Shown here in pieces: positions 1-9,349 of a stretch of 32,000 nucleotides of DNA. A program made the position numbers and the translations under genes. This stretch comes from Nostoc punctiforme PCC 73102 (GTDB taxonomy: Bacteria; Cyanobacteriota; Cyanobacteriia; Cyanobacteriales; Nostocaceae): positions 3,360,001-3,392,000 of the forward strand of contig NC_010628.1 in assembly GCF_000020025.1 (NCBI RefSeq), in the 5' to 3' direction. Position 1 is the first letter of the stretch. Every line of letters starts with the position of its first letter. The notes beneath the pieces were generated by a model that did not search any database, was not told the DNA's origin, and saw only the letters and a list, made by a program, of their open reading frames with translations.

Positions 1-515
1 ATGTGATTTTCTGTACTCACTTGTTCGTGAATATCCTTGTCTTCTAGGGCGATGTTGAAGTCACCGCACACACAAATTGCAGGTTCCGACAGCGCAAGCA
101 CTCGCAAATACTCGTGTAGCGCTGTTAACCAGCGCAGTTTGTATTCATATTTCTCAGTTCCTACTGCTGCACCATTGGGAACATATAAGTTAACAATCCG
201 AACACCATCAATTACACCTGTTATTACACGCTTTTGCTCATCCCATTCGTGATGTAAATCTGGCAAAATCGCCCTAAACCCGCTACTTACGTTTAAAAGT
301 GGCTGGCGGCTAATCAGGGCTACGCCATTATAAGATTTTTGTCCTGATATATAAAGGTTATAGCCCAACTGCTCAAAAGGCGATCGCGGAAACTCGGCAT
401 CCGCAACTTTGGTTTCTTGTAAGCAGAGAACATCAACGGGATTGTTAGTTAACCAATCAGTAACCTGTTCGAGGCGAGTGCGAATTGAGTTGACGTTCCA
501 AGTAGCGATTTTCAT
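1..515 (-). CDS. xth: Exodeoxyribonuclease III (ExoIII/AP endonuclease family), N-terminal ~171 codons; the 3' end runs off the left edge of the window
   Basis: Absent from the ORF track because it is open at the window edge. The reverse complement from ATG (513-515) reads MKIATWNVNSIRTRLEQVTDWLTNNPVDVLCLQETKV...SYNGVALISR...VCGDFNIA, the canonical ExoIII N-terminus (WNVNS, LQETK, NGVA, GDFN motifs). Confidence 0.85.
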   Translation of the reverse strand, partial: MKIATWNVNSIRTRLEQVTDWLTNNPVDVLCLQETKVADAEFPRSPFEQLGYNLYISGQKSYNGVALISRQPLLNVSSGFRAILPDLHHEWDEQKRVITGVIDGVRIVNLYVPNGAAVGTEKYEYKLRWLTALHEYLRVLALSEPAICVCGDFNIALEDKDIHEQVSTENH

Positions 516-971
516 TAGTTATCAGAATTTTTTGAAACTTAATAATTACAAATTGTGTAATTATTGTACAATTACTTAATATTTATAATTTCTTTTCCAT
601 TTCCCAATTACGTTTAAACAAACCTTTAATCATTTGATCCCATTGAATATTTTAGTATTGTCAGCTACCAAATATTCAATTTTGTAAGTTCTGCTACAAA
701 ATATTCTACTTCATTATGATCCTCAAGACAGATGCAACAACTAATTGATTAGTTATACGTTAGAAATGTAACTCAGGGCTGACTTTTGCCGAATAGTCCT
801 TTATATTTGTAGACAGAAAATTTGCGGGACGGTTAATCGGTATTGCACTTTTGGTAGCCTGTTAGGTTAATTTAAATGTCAAAATAGTAAGTACAAATGC
901 TCTGTTCTCATACAATAATGATGCAACTCATTATATTGAGGACAATTTCATAGACTGAACCAAAAAAACTT

Positions 972-2042
972 ATGAAAATCGCTCAAGTTGCCCCCTTATG
1001 GGAAAGGGTTCCACCTCCTACTTATGGAGGAATAGAACTGGTGGTGAGTCGCTTGACTGATGAACTTGTTCGTCGCGGTCATGAGGTAACATTATTTGCC
1101 TCTGGCGATTCTCAAACTTTGGCTAATTTAGAAGCAGTTTATCCACGTGCATTACGCTTAGACCCGAATGTTAAAGAGTATGCAGTGTACGAAATGCTAG
1201 AACTGAGCAAAGTTTACCAACGTGCTAAAGAATTCGATCTTATCCATTCTCATGTAGGGATTTCGGCATTACCTTTAGCGAGTTTCATAACAGCAACTTC
1301 TACAGTGCATACCCTGCACAATAATTTTACAAACGACACCCGTCACGCATTTAGCTACTACCAGAAGCAACCATACGTCAGCATTAGTAACTCGCAGCGT
1401 CAAGTCGATCTAAATTATGTTGGCACTGTTTATAACGGAATTGAGCTAGCAGATTATCCTTTCGTAGCCCAACCGTCAGAACCTCTATATTTAGCATTTT
1501 TAGGTCGTTTTTCGCCAGAAAAAGGGCCACACCATGCGATCGCTATTGCAAAGCAGAGTGGTTGGCGCTTGAAGATGGCAGGAAAGGTTGATGTCGGCGA
1601 CTCTAAGTTTTTTGAACAAGAGATTGCCCCCCACATTGATGGTCAGCAAATTGAATATCTCGGCGAAATTAACCACGCCGAAAAAACTGAACTTCTGGGC
1701 AATGCTGCCATAACTCTTTTTCCCATTAACTGGCAAGAACCTTTTGGTTTAGTGATGACTGAATCAATGGCAACTGGTACACCAGTAATTGCCATGAATT
1801 TCGGCTCAGTACCTGAAGTAATTGCCCACGGTAAAACAGGTTTTATCTGCAAAAGCTATGCAGAAATGACGGCAATGATTCCCCTAGCTTTGGAACTCAA
1901 TCGTCAAACCTGTCGAAAACATGTAGAAAGCAACTTTAGTGTTAACCAAATGGTTAACGGATATGAAGCTATTTACAGACAAATTATTAAAGACCGTATA
2001 GAATCGAATGGTCGCATTCATGCTACGAAAATACATTTTTGA
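972..2042 (+). CDS. Glycosyltransferase family 4 (GT-B fold)
   Basis: 356-aa ORF. N-terminus MKIAQVAPLWERVPPPTYGGIELVV..GHEVTLFASGDS is typical of GT4. The C-terminal EPFGLVMTESMATGTPVIA...GKTGF matches the E-X7-E region. Confidence 0.85.
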   Translation: MKIAQVAPLWERVPPPTYGGIELVVSRLTDELVRRGHEVTLFASGDSQTLANLEAVYPRALRLDPNVKEYAVYEMLELSKVYQRAKEFDLIHSHVGISALPLASFITATSTVHTLHNNFTNDTRHAFSYYQKQPYVSISNSQRQVDLNYVGTVYNGIELADYPFVAQPSEPLYLAFLGRFSPEKGPHHAIAIAKQSGWRLKMAGKVDVGDSKFFEQEIAPHIDGQQIEYLGEINHAEKTELLGNAAITLFPINWQEPFGLVMTESMATGTPVIAMNFGSVPEVIAHGKTGFICKSYAEMTAMIPLALELNRQTCRKHVESNFSVNQMVNGYEAIYRQIIKDRIESNGRIHATKIHF

Positions 2043-2099
2043 TCAACTGCTTTTTCTTGCTGAGTTTAAACAACAAATTTTTTTAAGGAGGACATTGGT

Positions 2100-2285
2100 A
2101 TGAGTACGAGAGCCAACACTTGCCCATGTTGCGGTGGTTCCCTCCTCCGTCATGCTCGTCATGGTGAACTATATTGGTTTTGCCTGTCGTGCCGACAAGA
2201 AGTACCGTTATTAACTGTTATTCGCTTACCTAATGTGGATACCCGGAACACCGGAGTTGTTCCTCAGCCAGTGGTAAATACCTAG
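2100..2285 (+). CDS. Small zinc-ribbon-like protein (CxxC ... CxxC), function unknown
   Basis: 61-aa ORF preceded by a strong SD (AAGGAGG ~9 nt upstream). Two Cys pairs (CPCC and CLSC) are spaced ~17 residues apart. Confidence 0.6.
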   Translation: MSTRANTCPCCGGSLLRHARHGELYWFCLSCRQEVPLLTVIRLPNVDTRNTGVVPQPVVNT

Positions 2286-2374
2286 TTCTTGCAAATTTTA
2301 AATAGATAAAACTTGACTAAAAATCAATACTGATTTGTTTAGACCTATAAATTAGCTTCAACTGATAAAATCGG

Positions 2375-3424
2375 ATGGAGCTAATTGATAGGTTTAAAGC
2401 TTTGTTAGCAGCGTTACTTTATGGGCAAGAAGATTTACGGTTAGAGCAAGTTGCTGACCCCACTCCGGCGGCTGGCGAAGTTGTAATTCAAGTAGGGGCA
2501 GCAACAACTTGTGGTACAGATTTGAAAGTTTGGCGGCGTGGTGGTCATGCCAAAATGCTGAAACCGCCGACGCTATTTGGTCACGAAGGCGCTGGGCGAA
2601 TTGTTGCCTTGGGTGCAGGCGTTACAAATTGGCAAGTAGGCGATCGCATTGTTGCTAATAATTCTGCTCCCTGTATGAAGTGCTTTTTTTGTCAACGCCA
2701 AGAGTATTCTTTATGTCCGAATCTGACCTGGAATAATGGTACCTTTGCGGAATACTTGAAAATTCCCGCACCGATAGTAGAGCATAACTTGTTGCAGATT
2801 CCTGATGAGTTGCCGTGGGAATTAGCAGCGATGACGGAACCCTTAGCTTGTGTTTTGCATGGTGTAGCCCGTTCTAATATTAAGCCCAAAGATCGAGTAG
2901 TCGTCTTAGGAGATGGGGCGATTGGGTTGATGTTTGTGGCGGCGTTGAGTGAGAAAGCTGAGGTTTTGTTGTGGGGAGGTAATAACCACAGGCTAGAAAT
3001 TGGTCAGAAATTGGGTGCAACCCAGACCTTTAATTATCATCAAATCCCGGATATTCCCAATTTGGTGAAAGAACTTACTCAAGGATGGGGCGCAGATGTA
3101 GCGATTGAAGCCACAGGTGTACCAAGTGTTTGGGAAACTGCGATCGCCTGCGCCCGTCCTGGTGCAACAGTTAACTTATTTGGTGGATGTCCACGAGATA
3201 CCAGCATTACCGTCAATACAGAACAGTTACACTACAGCGAACTGACAATCAAAGGCGTGTTTCACAATACACCAGAGTATGTGCGGGAGGCGTTGGCACT
3301 GATCGCTAGTCGCAAAATACCCTTTGAGTTACTTATTAGTGAACAGCGGCCATTAAAAGATTTAGAACAGGTGTTTTGTGAGATGAAAGCGCGACAAGTA
3401 ATTAAAGCAGCAATGATTCCTTAG
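2375..3424 (+). CDS. Zinc-dependent alcohol/polyol dehydrogenase (MDR superfamily)
   Basis: Catalytic Zn ligand region TTCGTDLKVW and FGHEGAG, a structural-Zn Cys cluster CMKCFFCQRQEYSLC, and a Rossmann motif VLGDGAIGL. The exact start is uncertain; the first ~10 codons may not be translated. Confidence 0.85.
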   Translation: MELIDRFKALLAALLYGQEDLRLEQVADPTPAAGEVVIQVGAATTCGTDLKVWRRGGHAKMLKPPTLFGHEGAGRIVALGAGVTNWQVGDRIVANNSAPCMKCFFCQRQEYSLCPNLTWNNGTFAEYLKIPAPIVEHNLLQIPDELPWELAAMTEPLACVLHGVARSNIKPKDRVVVLGDGAIGLMFVAALSEKAEVLLWGGNNHRLEIGQKLGATQTFNYHQIPDIPNLVKELTQGWGADVAIEATGVPSVWETAIACARPGATVNLFGGCPRDTSITVNTEQLHYSELTIKGVFHNTPEYVREALALIASRKIPFELLISEQRPLKDLEQVFCEMKARQVIKAAMIP

Positions 3425-3460
3425 CTCATGTTAATTACAGTGTGAGCAAGAATTTAATAC

Positions 3461-3570
3461 CCAATGCCCACTTGCCCTGAGCGTAAAGCCTACGGCATAG
3501 ATTCGCTTAACGCGCAGCGTCTCCATTAGGAGAAGTCGTTCGCGTAGCGTCCCGCACGGAAGGGATGCCC
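3461..3570. repeat. Short dispersed repeat carrying two CGCGYAGCGTC motifs
   Basis: CGCGCAGCGTCTCC (3511-3524) and CGCGTAGCGTCCCG (3541-3554). The same motif recurs at 7258, at 7282 and, reverse-complemented, at 11651-11667. Related versions occur near 5660, 10040 and 16977. Confidence 0.45.
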
Positions 3571-3580
3571 CATGCCCTAC

Positions 3581-5200
3581 TTACAGACGATTAATTTCTT
3601 TTGTAACTAACTTCCAGCCTTCAGCTTGGTCAATTAACTTCATCGAATCTAGTTGGAGATTGTTCAAAGCAGATGCATGAAGCAGGAAGTAGGGTTGCCC
3701 GTTGTAGTGCCAATAATATTCCAGTTCGCCAACAGAAGCGGGAATGATGGTGCGATCGCTATAATAATCCAACGAGGGGCGATGGTAAGCAAAAGATGTG
3801 TAAATCTTCCTCGTAGCCGGATTTGCCCGCACAATCATGGCTGCGACTGGTTTAACTGGATAGGCTTCAGATAATTCCCAAACCCAGTAGTTAGATTTCA
3901 TTAACAGCAGCAGCGAAAGATAACTTCCCCAAAACAAAATCTTCAGAAATTGCCCGTCGCCTCGTTCTGCCAAAATAGCTGCTAAGGTCATAGTTAAAGC
4001 GACTGCGGCAAAAATCAGTTGTAAATCTGTTTGTGATGTTGTACCCCAACTGAAATAAAGGCTACCAGCAGAAGCAACTACAGCAAGTATCGCCAAACCA
4101 GCAACCCAAGCGCGGGGATAGGATGAAAGTAAAGGCGAATTTTCTGTCTCTGATAACTGGATACCAAAAGCTAAAGCTAAACTGGGGTAAATCGGGAATA
4201 AATACCAGGGGACTTTGGTAATCATGAAAGAAATTACCAATAGATAAACACCACTCCACGCCATTACTAGCTTTGCCCAGCTAAGGTTGCGATTTTCCCA
4301 GGTTAAGCGGACAGTTTGCGGTAAAAATAATAACCACGGCCATGTGTACTTGAGAAGTTCAACCACATAGTACCAAGGTGGTTCAGAATTACCCTCTACA
4401 AATGAGCCAATTCGACCTAGTGATGGGTTTACAAGCCCAACTTGGGCGAAAGTGTAACCATAATGAATTAGTTGGGCGCTATACCAACCAGCTACAGGCA
4501 CAATACCAATGAAGATTGCTATCCACAGATAGTAGCAGGTGAGCAGCCGTGGCGTATCCCAAAACAGAAATACGATCGCGATCGCACCTAGCAATACACC
4601 TAGCAGTCCTTGAGTTAGGCAAATTAACCCAAAACTGACACCAACACCAAGGCAATAACGTAAATCCCGGCGCGATCGCAACACGCACAACATCATTACC
4701 ATCAAAAAACTTACCATCGCCCCATCCAACATTGCCAGCCGCCCATGACGCACCACAGGTAGCATTGTTAGATAAATTAAGGCGCTATAAATAGCAGCCC
4801 AACGTTGGCGAAATATCTCTCGAGCAATGCAATACAGTAAAGGTACAGATGTCGCTGTTAAAATTGCTCCAGGTAGACGAGTTGTGAACTCATTTTCGCC
4901 TCCTAGAGAATAAGCCCAGGCAATTAGCAAATGTATCAAAGGCGGCTTGTTATGATATGGTTCGCCTCCTAGCGTTGGGAAAAGCCAACGCATTGAACCT
5001 GCTGGAGCGTGCCAAATTTCACGAGCAACCTGTGCCACAGTCCCTTCATCCCAATCTCGCAGGGGCAATCCTCCCAGATTGATGCTAAACAGTAATACTG
5101 CTGCCAACAGCAATACTATTAGCCATACCCAATCAATCCATCTGCCAACCGTGCGATGCTGTTTTTCTAGATGACTCCAAATAAAGCTTCCTTCTTGCAT
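3581..5200 (-). CDS. GT39/ArnT-like membrane glycosyltransferase (PMT_2 family, polyprenyl-phosphate-sugar dependent)
   Basis: 539-aa polytopic membrane protein. The N-terminal loop RDWDEGTVAQVAREI and the following HNKPPL motif are characteristic of the ArnT/PMT family. Confidence 0.85.
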   Translation of the reverse strand: MQEGSFIWSHLEKQHRTVGRWIDWVWLIVLLLAAVLLFSINLGGLPLRDWDEGTVAQVAREIWHAPAGSMRWLFPTLGGEPYHNKPPLIHLLIAWAYSLGGENEFTTRLPGAILTATSVPLLYCIAREIFRQRWAAIYSALIYLTMLPVVRHGRLAMLDGAMVSFLMVMMLCVLRSRRDLRYCLGVGVSFGLICLTQGLLGVLLGAIAIVFLFWDTPRLLTCYYLWIAIFIGIVPVAGWYSAQLIHYGYTFAQVGLVNPSLGRIGSFVEGNSEPPWYYVVELLKYTWPWLLFLPQTVRLTWENRNLSWAKLVMAWSGVYLLVISFMITKVPWYLFPIYPSLALAFGIQLSETENSPLLSSYPRAWVAGLAILAVVASAGSLYFSWGTTSQTDLQLIFAAVALTMTLAAILAERGDGQFLKILFWGSYLSLLLLMKSNYWVWELSEAYPVKPVAAMIVRANPATRKIYTSFAYHRPSLDYYSDRTIIPASVGELEYYWHYNGQPYFLLHASALNNLQLDSMKLIDQAEGWKLVTKEINRL

Positions 5201-6071
5201 ATTCTATGTTAATCATTTTACTTGCTGGTTTGATTACATAGAGACCAAAGCGAATCTCCAATGTTGCCACCCAGTAGCAACGTATATTCTTAACAATTGC
5301 TAGTTTCCAAGATTAACTCAACTTTATCTAATTAGCGCTATTTTTTGAAAAATTTATCTTAACTATTGAAATAACATATAAATCGGAAAATGATAAAAAT
5401 AATACAGTCAAAAATTATTTGTCACCTGTTACTTAGTCCGTAAATTAACTTGTATTTATTTTGTTCTGAACATAACGCTTAGTTTAATTTTTATCTACTT
5501 AGTTTTTATCTAGCTAAATTCAGAAATATATTGAACATTTTTTGCAGTGTCTTAAGGACGTGCTGAATACTTAAATAAATTAGTTTTAATTTATTTGGAT
5601 AAAAATATGACTTACGCAAACAATAGCCAAAACCCTGATAATTCGCTAAGAGCAAGCTACTGCGACACGCGGCGCGAGCGTACAGAAGAGGCTTACCGCA
5701 GAGTATTACCCCTAGTGCATATACTTTTGGGTGAATCCTTAAGTAATTACCAACATTTTTTAAATCTTCCGGTTCGTTAGTATCTTGCCTTGGAATTTAT
5801 TCTAAGGCTAATAGCCTTGTTTCTAGCCATAGGCTTGAAATACTCATCATTGCCTCTGCCGAAAGTTAACAGACAGAGCCTTATTTTAGGCATTCACATC
5901 CGAAGACTGAGAACGAGATAACGAGACACACTAATGAGCAATAGAATTGAAGATTAGAACCGTTTTATTAATCACAATTAGGTAAATTTTAAAATTATTT
6001 TTTGGTTGGATAGTGGTATTTAACTATTGACATGGAGAGTATTTTATATTTTAGTATCTTTGATATTGGTA

Positions 6072-7412
6072 CTAAAAAATGAAAATAACTTGTAATTGTA
6101 ACTTTTTATTCTGAATAGTAATCTCAATTTTTCGGATAAATTCTCGAAAGTAAAATCGTCGCTCTGTTTCCGACAAATCTAACCAAAATTGGGGTATTGA
6201 AACAGCTTGAGCAACAGAACGCAAATTAACTGGGGGAAGAGTCGCCAACTTTGCTTCAAGTGCTGAAATTTCTGTGCGGAGTTTGTAAGCCCTTAGTTTT
6301 GCAGTTTCAACATCTAAAATTCCGGTTTCGATTAAAGCAGGTAACTGAGCAAGTATTTCTTGCTGACGAGCGATCGCTTGCCCTAAATTATTCTTGACTG
6401 CATCCAATTGGGGAAAATTCACGCCCGCGACAGCTAAGGGTAAGTCACGGCAAACCGTTTCAATTGTTTGTTCCAAAACTTCTTGGTAGGGAATAGCCTT
6501 ACACTTGGGGCGTTGAGGACAGCTAGTAGAACGTAAATAAAGATACTCCTTATCTTGGTTGCGTTGGGTGACACGAGTAACTGTCAAATGTGACTGACAC
6601 TCAGCACAGACAACCAATCCAGCTAAAGAACGCCTAGCACTAGCAGTTCGGGATGGTAAACGGCTATTACGGCGTAAAAGTCGGTCAACTTGGGCTGCTT
6701 CTTCTTTAGAAATTATCGGAATATGTGTATTAGAGATAATTTCACCATTTTGGTAAGCTGTATTGCCGCGATAAACTGGATTAGTCAACCAGCGTCGCCC
6801 AGTTGTGACAGAGATTTTTTTGCCGTATTTTTTCGCCAAGTAACGAACCGAACCCCGTAGGGAACCGTAGAGTAAAAAGTGTTCAAAAAAATCTTTGACT
6901 ACTGGTGAAGTGCTGCGATCGATAGTATATTTTCCCTTACCTCTGCGATAGCCGTAGGGAACTTTGCCGGGTGGCGGTGCAACCTCAAGCCGATTACGGG
7001 CGTGTCCTTGACGGATGCGACGACTACGTTGTTGACGTTGGATTGCATTTAGCAAATTCAGCAAGTCAGCACCCAGAGGGTAATTTTCGGAAGTATAGGG
7101 CTGTTCTGTAGCGATTATCGCTACTCCCATCGCTTCTAGTTTATGCAAGCGATCGCTAATTTCCTCTACAGTATCCCCTAATTCTTCCAGTCGCCGAATC
7201 AAGAGATAATCTGCTGGTTCAGTTTCGCAATCGGTAAATAATTGTTGTAATTGCGATCGCGTAGCGTATCCAGAAGACTCTCGCGTAGTCTGTCCAGAAG
7301 ACTCTGGCTTACCCAAATCTTCATAAACCCGATCCACCTCCCATCCCCAATCAGCTTGATCGGGAGAAGATTCTAATAGGGGATTGGTGTAAGAGTAAGC
7401 AATTATTTTCAT
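6072..7412 (-). CDS. Large serine recombinase-like protein (resolvase-like N-domain, recombinase domain, Zn-ribbon, coiled coil); catalytic residues appear substituted
   Basis: 446-aa ORF. Central YGYRRGKGKYTIDRSTSPVVKDFFEHFLLYGSLRGSVRYL... resembles the recombinase domain. CAECQSHLTV...CPQRPKC is a Zn-ribbon-like segment, and the C-terminus is coiled-coil-like. The N-terminus MKIIAYSYTNPLLE aligns with resolvase MRxxGYARVSTxxQ but lacks R and S (see findings). Confidence 0.8.
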   Translation of the reverse strand: MKIIAYSYTNPLLESSPDQADWGWEVDRVYEDLGKPESSGQTTRESSGYATRSQLQQLFTDCETEPADYLLIRRLEELGDTVEEISDRLHKLEAMGVAIIATEQPYTSENYPLGADLLNLLNAIQRQQRSRRIRQGHARNRLEVAPPPGKVPYGYRRGKGKYTIDRSTSPVVKDFFEHFLLYGSLRGSVRYLAKKYGKKISVTTGRRWLTNPVYRGNTAYQNGEIISNTHIPIISKEEAAQVDRLLRRNSRLPSRTASARRSLAGLVVCAECQSHLTVTRVTQRNQDKEYLYLRSTSCPQRPKCKAIPYQEVLEQTIETVCRDLPLAVAGVNFPQLDAVKNNLGQAIARQQEILAQLPALIETGILDVETAKLRAYKLRTEISALEAKLATLPPVNLRSVAQAVSIPQFWLDLSETERRFYFREFIRKIEITIQNKKLQLQVIFIF

Positions 7413-7496
7413 TTGTCATTTGTCAATAATCAATAAATAGTTCTTCTTCCCCTGCCTCCCCTACTCCCTGCCCCTCTGCCCACTCCCCACTTCCCC

Positions 7497-7856
7497 TCAC
7501 TGCTGACTCAATTCGATAATATTTCCATCAGGATCTTGAGTGAATAGGGCAGGGCGACCAGAAGCGCTGGGTTGAATGGGATAATTATGATTGAGAAATT
7601 GCTCTTTGGCAGCATCCAAGTCAGTTACTGAGAAAGCGACGTGGGGGTTGCGTCCCCATTTTTCGTTGGGGTTTTCGGTGGGGACAGTAGGTGCAACTAT
7701 TAGGTGAATCTGATAGTTACCGACTTGATACCATGCACCAGGGTATTTCAGCGAACGATCTATTTTGGATAATCCCAATACTTTGCCATAAAAGTGTTCA
7801 GAGCGTTCTAAATCAGTCACAAGAATTGCTGTATGGAGACTTTGGGTAATCTGCAT
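7497..7856 (-). CDS. VOC family protein (glyoxalase/bleomycin resistance/dioxygenase fold)
   Basis: 119-aa ORF. The pattern HTAILVTDLERSEHFYGKVLGL ... HVAFSV ... DPDGNIIEL is typical of the VOC fold. Confidence 0.85.
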   Translation of the reverse strand: MQITQSLHTAILVTDLERSEHFYGKVLGLSKIDRSLKYPGAWYQVGNYQIHLIVAPTVPTENPNEKWGRNPHVAFSVTDLDAAKEQFLNHNYPIQPSASGRPALFTQDPDGNIIELSQQ

Positions 7857-8153
7857 TGTCGGTAAGTGCGATCGCGTTTATCTAAATTTTGACGTACTTT
7901 GAACCCTTACGAAGTACTTATTCTCCACCCCTAGTAGAGGTTGTTATTACCAACATATTTTAAAGTCAGGTAAGGGTGTATTAGAGTCAGAGTATGCGGT
8001 TGAAAAATTTGACAGACCTAAATCCTTACAGCAGTTGACTAGTGGGAGACGCTGAATTAGAAGATAGTCATCGTGCAAATGAGCGATCGCATGGATTTTT
8101 TTGAAAATAACTCAGCTTGTTTCTAGACAAAAGCAAATAATCAGGTAACTAAA

Positions 8154-8618
8154 ATGGCGAAAGAAATAGAGCGGAAATTTTTAGTGAAAGGAGATAGCTG
8201 GAGAGGATTAGTTGAAGGTAGTGTATATCGTCAAGGATACATTGCCACAAAAGACAAAGCGGCTGTACGCATACGTATAGTAGGGGAAAAGAGTTATTTG
8301 ACTATTAAAGGCCCCAGTATAAAATATTCGAGATTAGAGTTTGAGTATCCTATTCCTGTTGAAGATGCTCAAGAAATGCTTGAGGCATTATGTGAACGTC
8401 CCTTTATAGAAAAAACCAGATATAAAATCCAATCGGGTGGTTTGATTTGGGAAATAGATGAGTTTGATGGTGTTAACAAAGGATTAATCTTGGCAGAAGT
8501 TGAACTGAATGATGAAAATCAACAAATTGAACTACCAAGTTGGATTGGACAAGAAGTTTCTGATGATTCCAGATATTTCAACAGCAATTTAGTAAAACAC
8601 CCTTTTTCGCAATGGTAA
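8154..8618 (+). CDS. CYTH domain protein (triphosphate tunnel metalloenzyme, CyaB/ThTPase-like)
   Basis: The N-terminal EIERKFLV matches the ExExK signature of CYTH domains. Length is 154 aa. Confidence 0.85.
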   Translation: MAKEIERKFLVKGDSWRGLVEGSVYRQGYIATKDKAAVRIRIVGEKSYLTIKGPSIKYSRLEFEYPIPVEDAQEMLEALCERPFIEKTRYKIQSGGLIWEIDEFDGVNKGLILAEVELNDENQQIELPSWIGQEVSDDSRYFNSNLVKHPFSQW

Positions 8619-8639
8619 GGGACTTGCGTAAAAATAAAG

Positions 8640-8945
8640 TACCAGTAAACCGAGTTTCGACTTACCTCGGCTCCGGTTCCATCGAGCGAAGTCGAGATGC
8701 TCGGCACGAGTCGCTCAACTCTCGATGGCTGAGGGTTGAGCGCAGCGATGTACTGAGCGCAGTCGAAGTGTCGAAACCCGTCTAGTTGGGATACTATTAA
8801 CCCGCAGATCCCTAATGGCGAAAAGGGACCATCCACTTTTGGAATAAACACCGGGCGATTGGAAATCGCGGACTCTCTAAAACCCGCGCAGGCGGACGAA
8901 AGTTTGTATAGCCCATCCCATAAAGCATTCGACGCAGAATCTGTT
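8640..8945. repeat. Composite of highly structured short dispersed repeats (MITE-like debris)
   Basis: Nested hairpins, for example CCATCGAGCGA...TCGCTCAACTCTCGATGG (8679-8727). GAGCGNAG..CGA units are repeated, and there is a GCGGACTCTCTAAAACCCGCGCAGGCGGAC...TGTATAGCC module of a type I recognise as widespread in Nostoc intergenic DNA. The 145-aa minus-strand ORF (8519-8956) is a translation of these repeats. Confidence 0.5.
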
Positions 8946-9349
8946 GTTTTAACCATTGAGGATAAAAATTATACTTGTTCTTTATTTTTTTGAGAAAGTT
9001 TTCGCCACAGACTTAACTCTCGGAATGAGTAACATTAATAATTTTTAACAAACTCTTGTTTTTTAGGGCAATCTATGCAATTCTCATAAGTGCATACTAC
9101 TTTAAGTTTATCGATTTACAGTATTTAAATCGATAAATTATCTGAATTAGCCAATAAACTCAAAATTTAGTGCCAAATAAACTTTTAGCCTCTATTAACT
9201 GACTTTTCACGTTATATGGAAAAGTCTACCAAAAACCTAACCTCCCTTCCCCAACGCGGGAAGGGGGGAAATTCAGGAGTGTTAATGAGTGAATTACCCC
9301 AAATTAGTTTTTTTGAGGTTGGGGTTTCCAATCTCAAAAAAGGTCTTTT

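Noticed and set aside
37-252. 71-aa plus-strand ORF at the left edge
   Set aside because: It is antisense to the clearly recognisable ExoIII coding sequence.
1454-1852. Three antisense ORFs (60-78 aa) inside the GT4 gene; similar antisense or shadow ORFs occur at 2692-2889, 3653-3874, 4062-4688, 10949-11131, 12098-13100, 14869-15126, 15675-15959, 16572-16906, 17800-18006, 18764-19033, 23288-23515, 24552-24930, 25110-25501 and 29884-30093
   Set aside because: All are nested within, or in alternative frames of, strongly supported genes and have no recognisable motifs.
5595-5780. 61-aa ORF in the 870-bp AT-rich gap between the GT39 and recombinase-like genes
   Set aside because: It has a TTG start and no SD. 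Its centre is a dispersed-repeat module (GACTTACGCAAAC...GCGACACGCGGCGCGAGCGTACAGAAGAGGC). I also found no recognisable ncRNA core in 5201-6071, so the gap is left unannotated.
6072-7412. The recombinase as an XisF-like developmental excision element or prophage integrase
   Set aside because: No interrupted gene, att-like repeats or phage genes flank it, and the catalytic residues appear to be missing. It is reported as a probable inactive homolog instead.
8519-8956. 145-aa minus-strand ORF
   Set aside because: It lies entirely within stacked dispersed repeats and hairpins and overlaps the 3' end of the CYTH gene. Its peptide (…AQYIAALNPQPSRVERLVPSISTSLDGTGAEVSRNS…) is the typical translation of these repeats, not of a gene.
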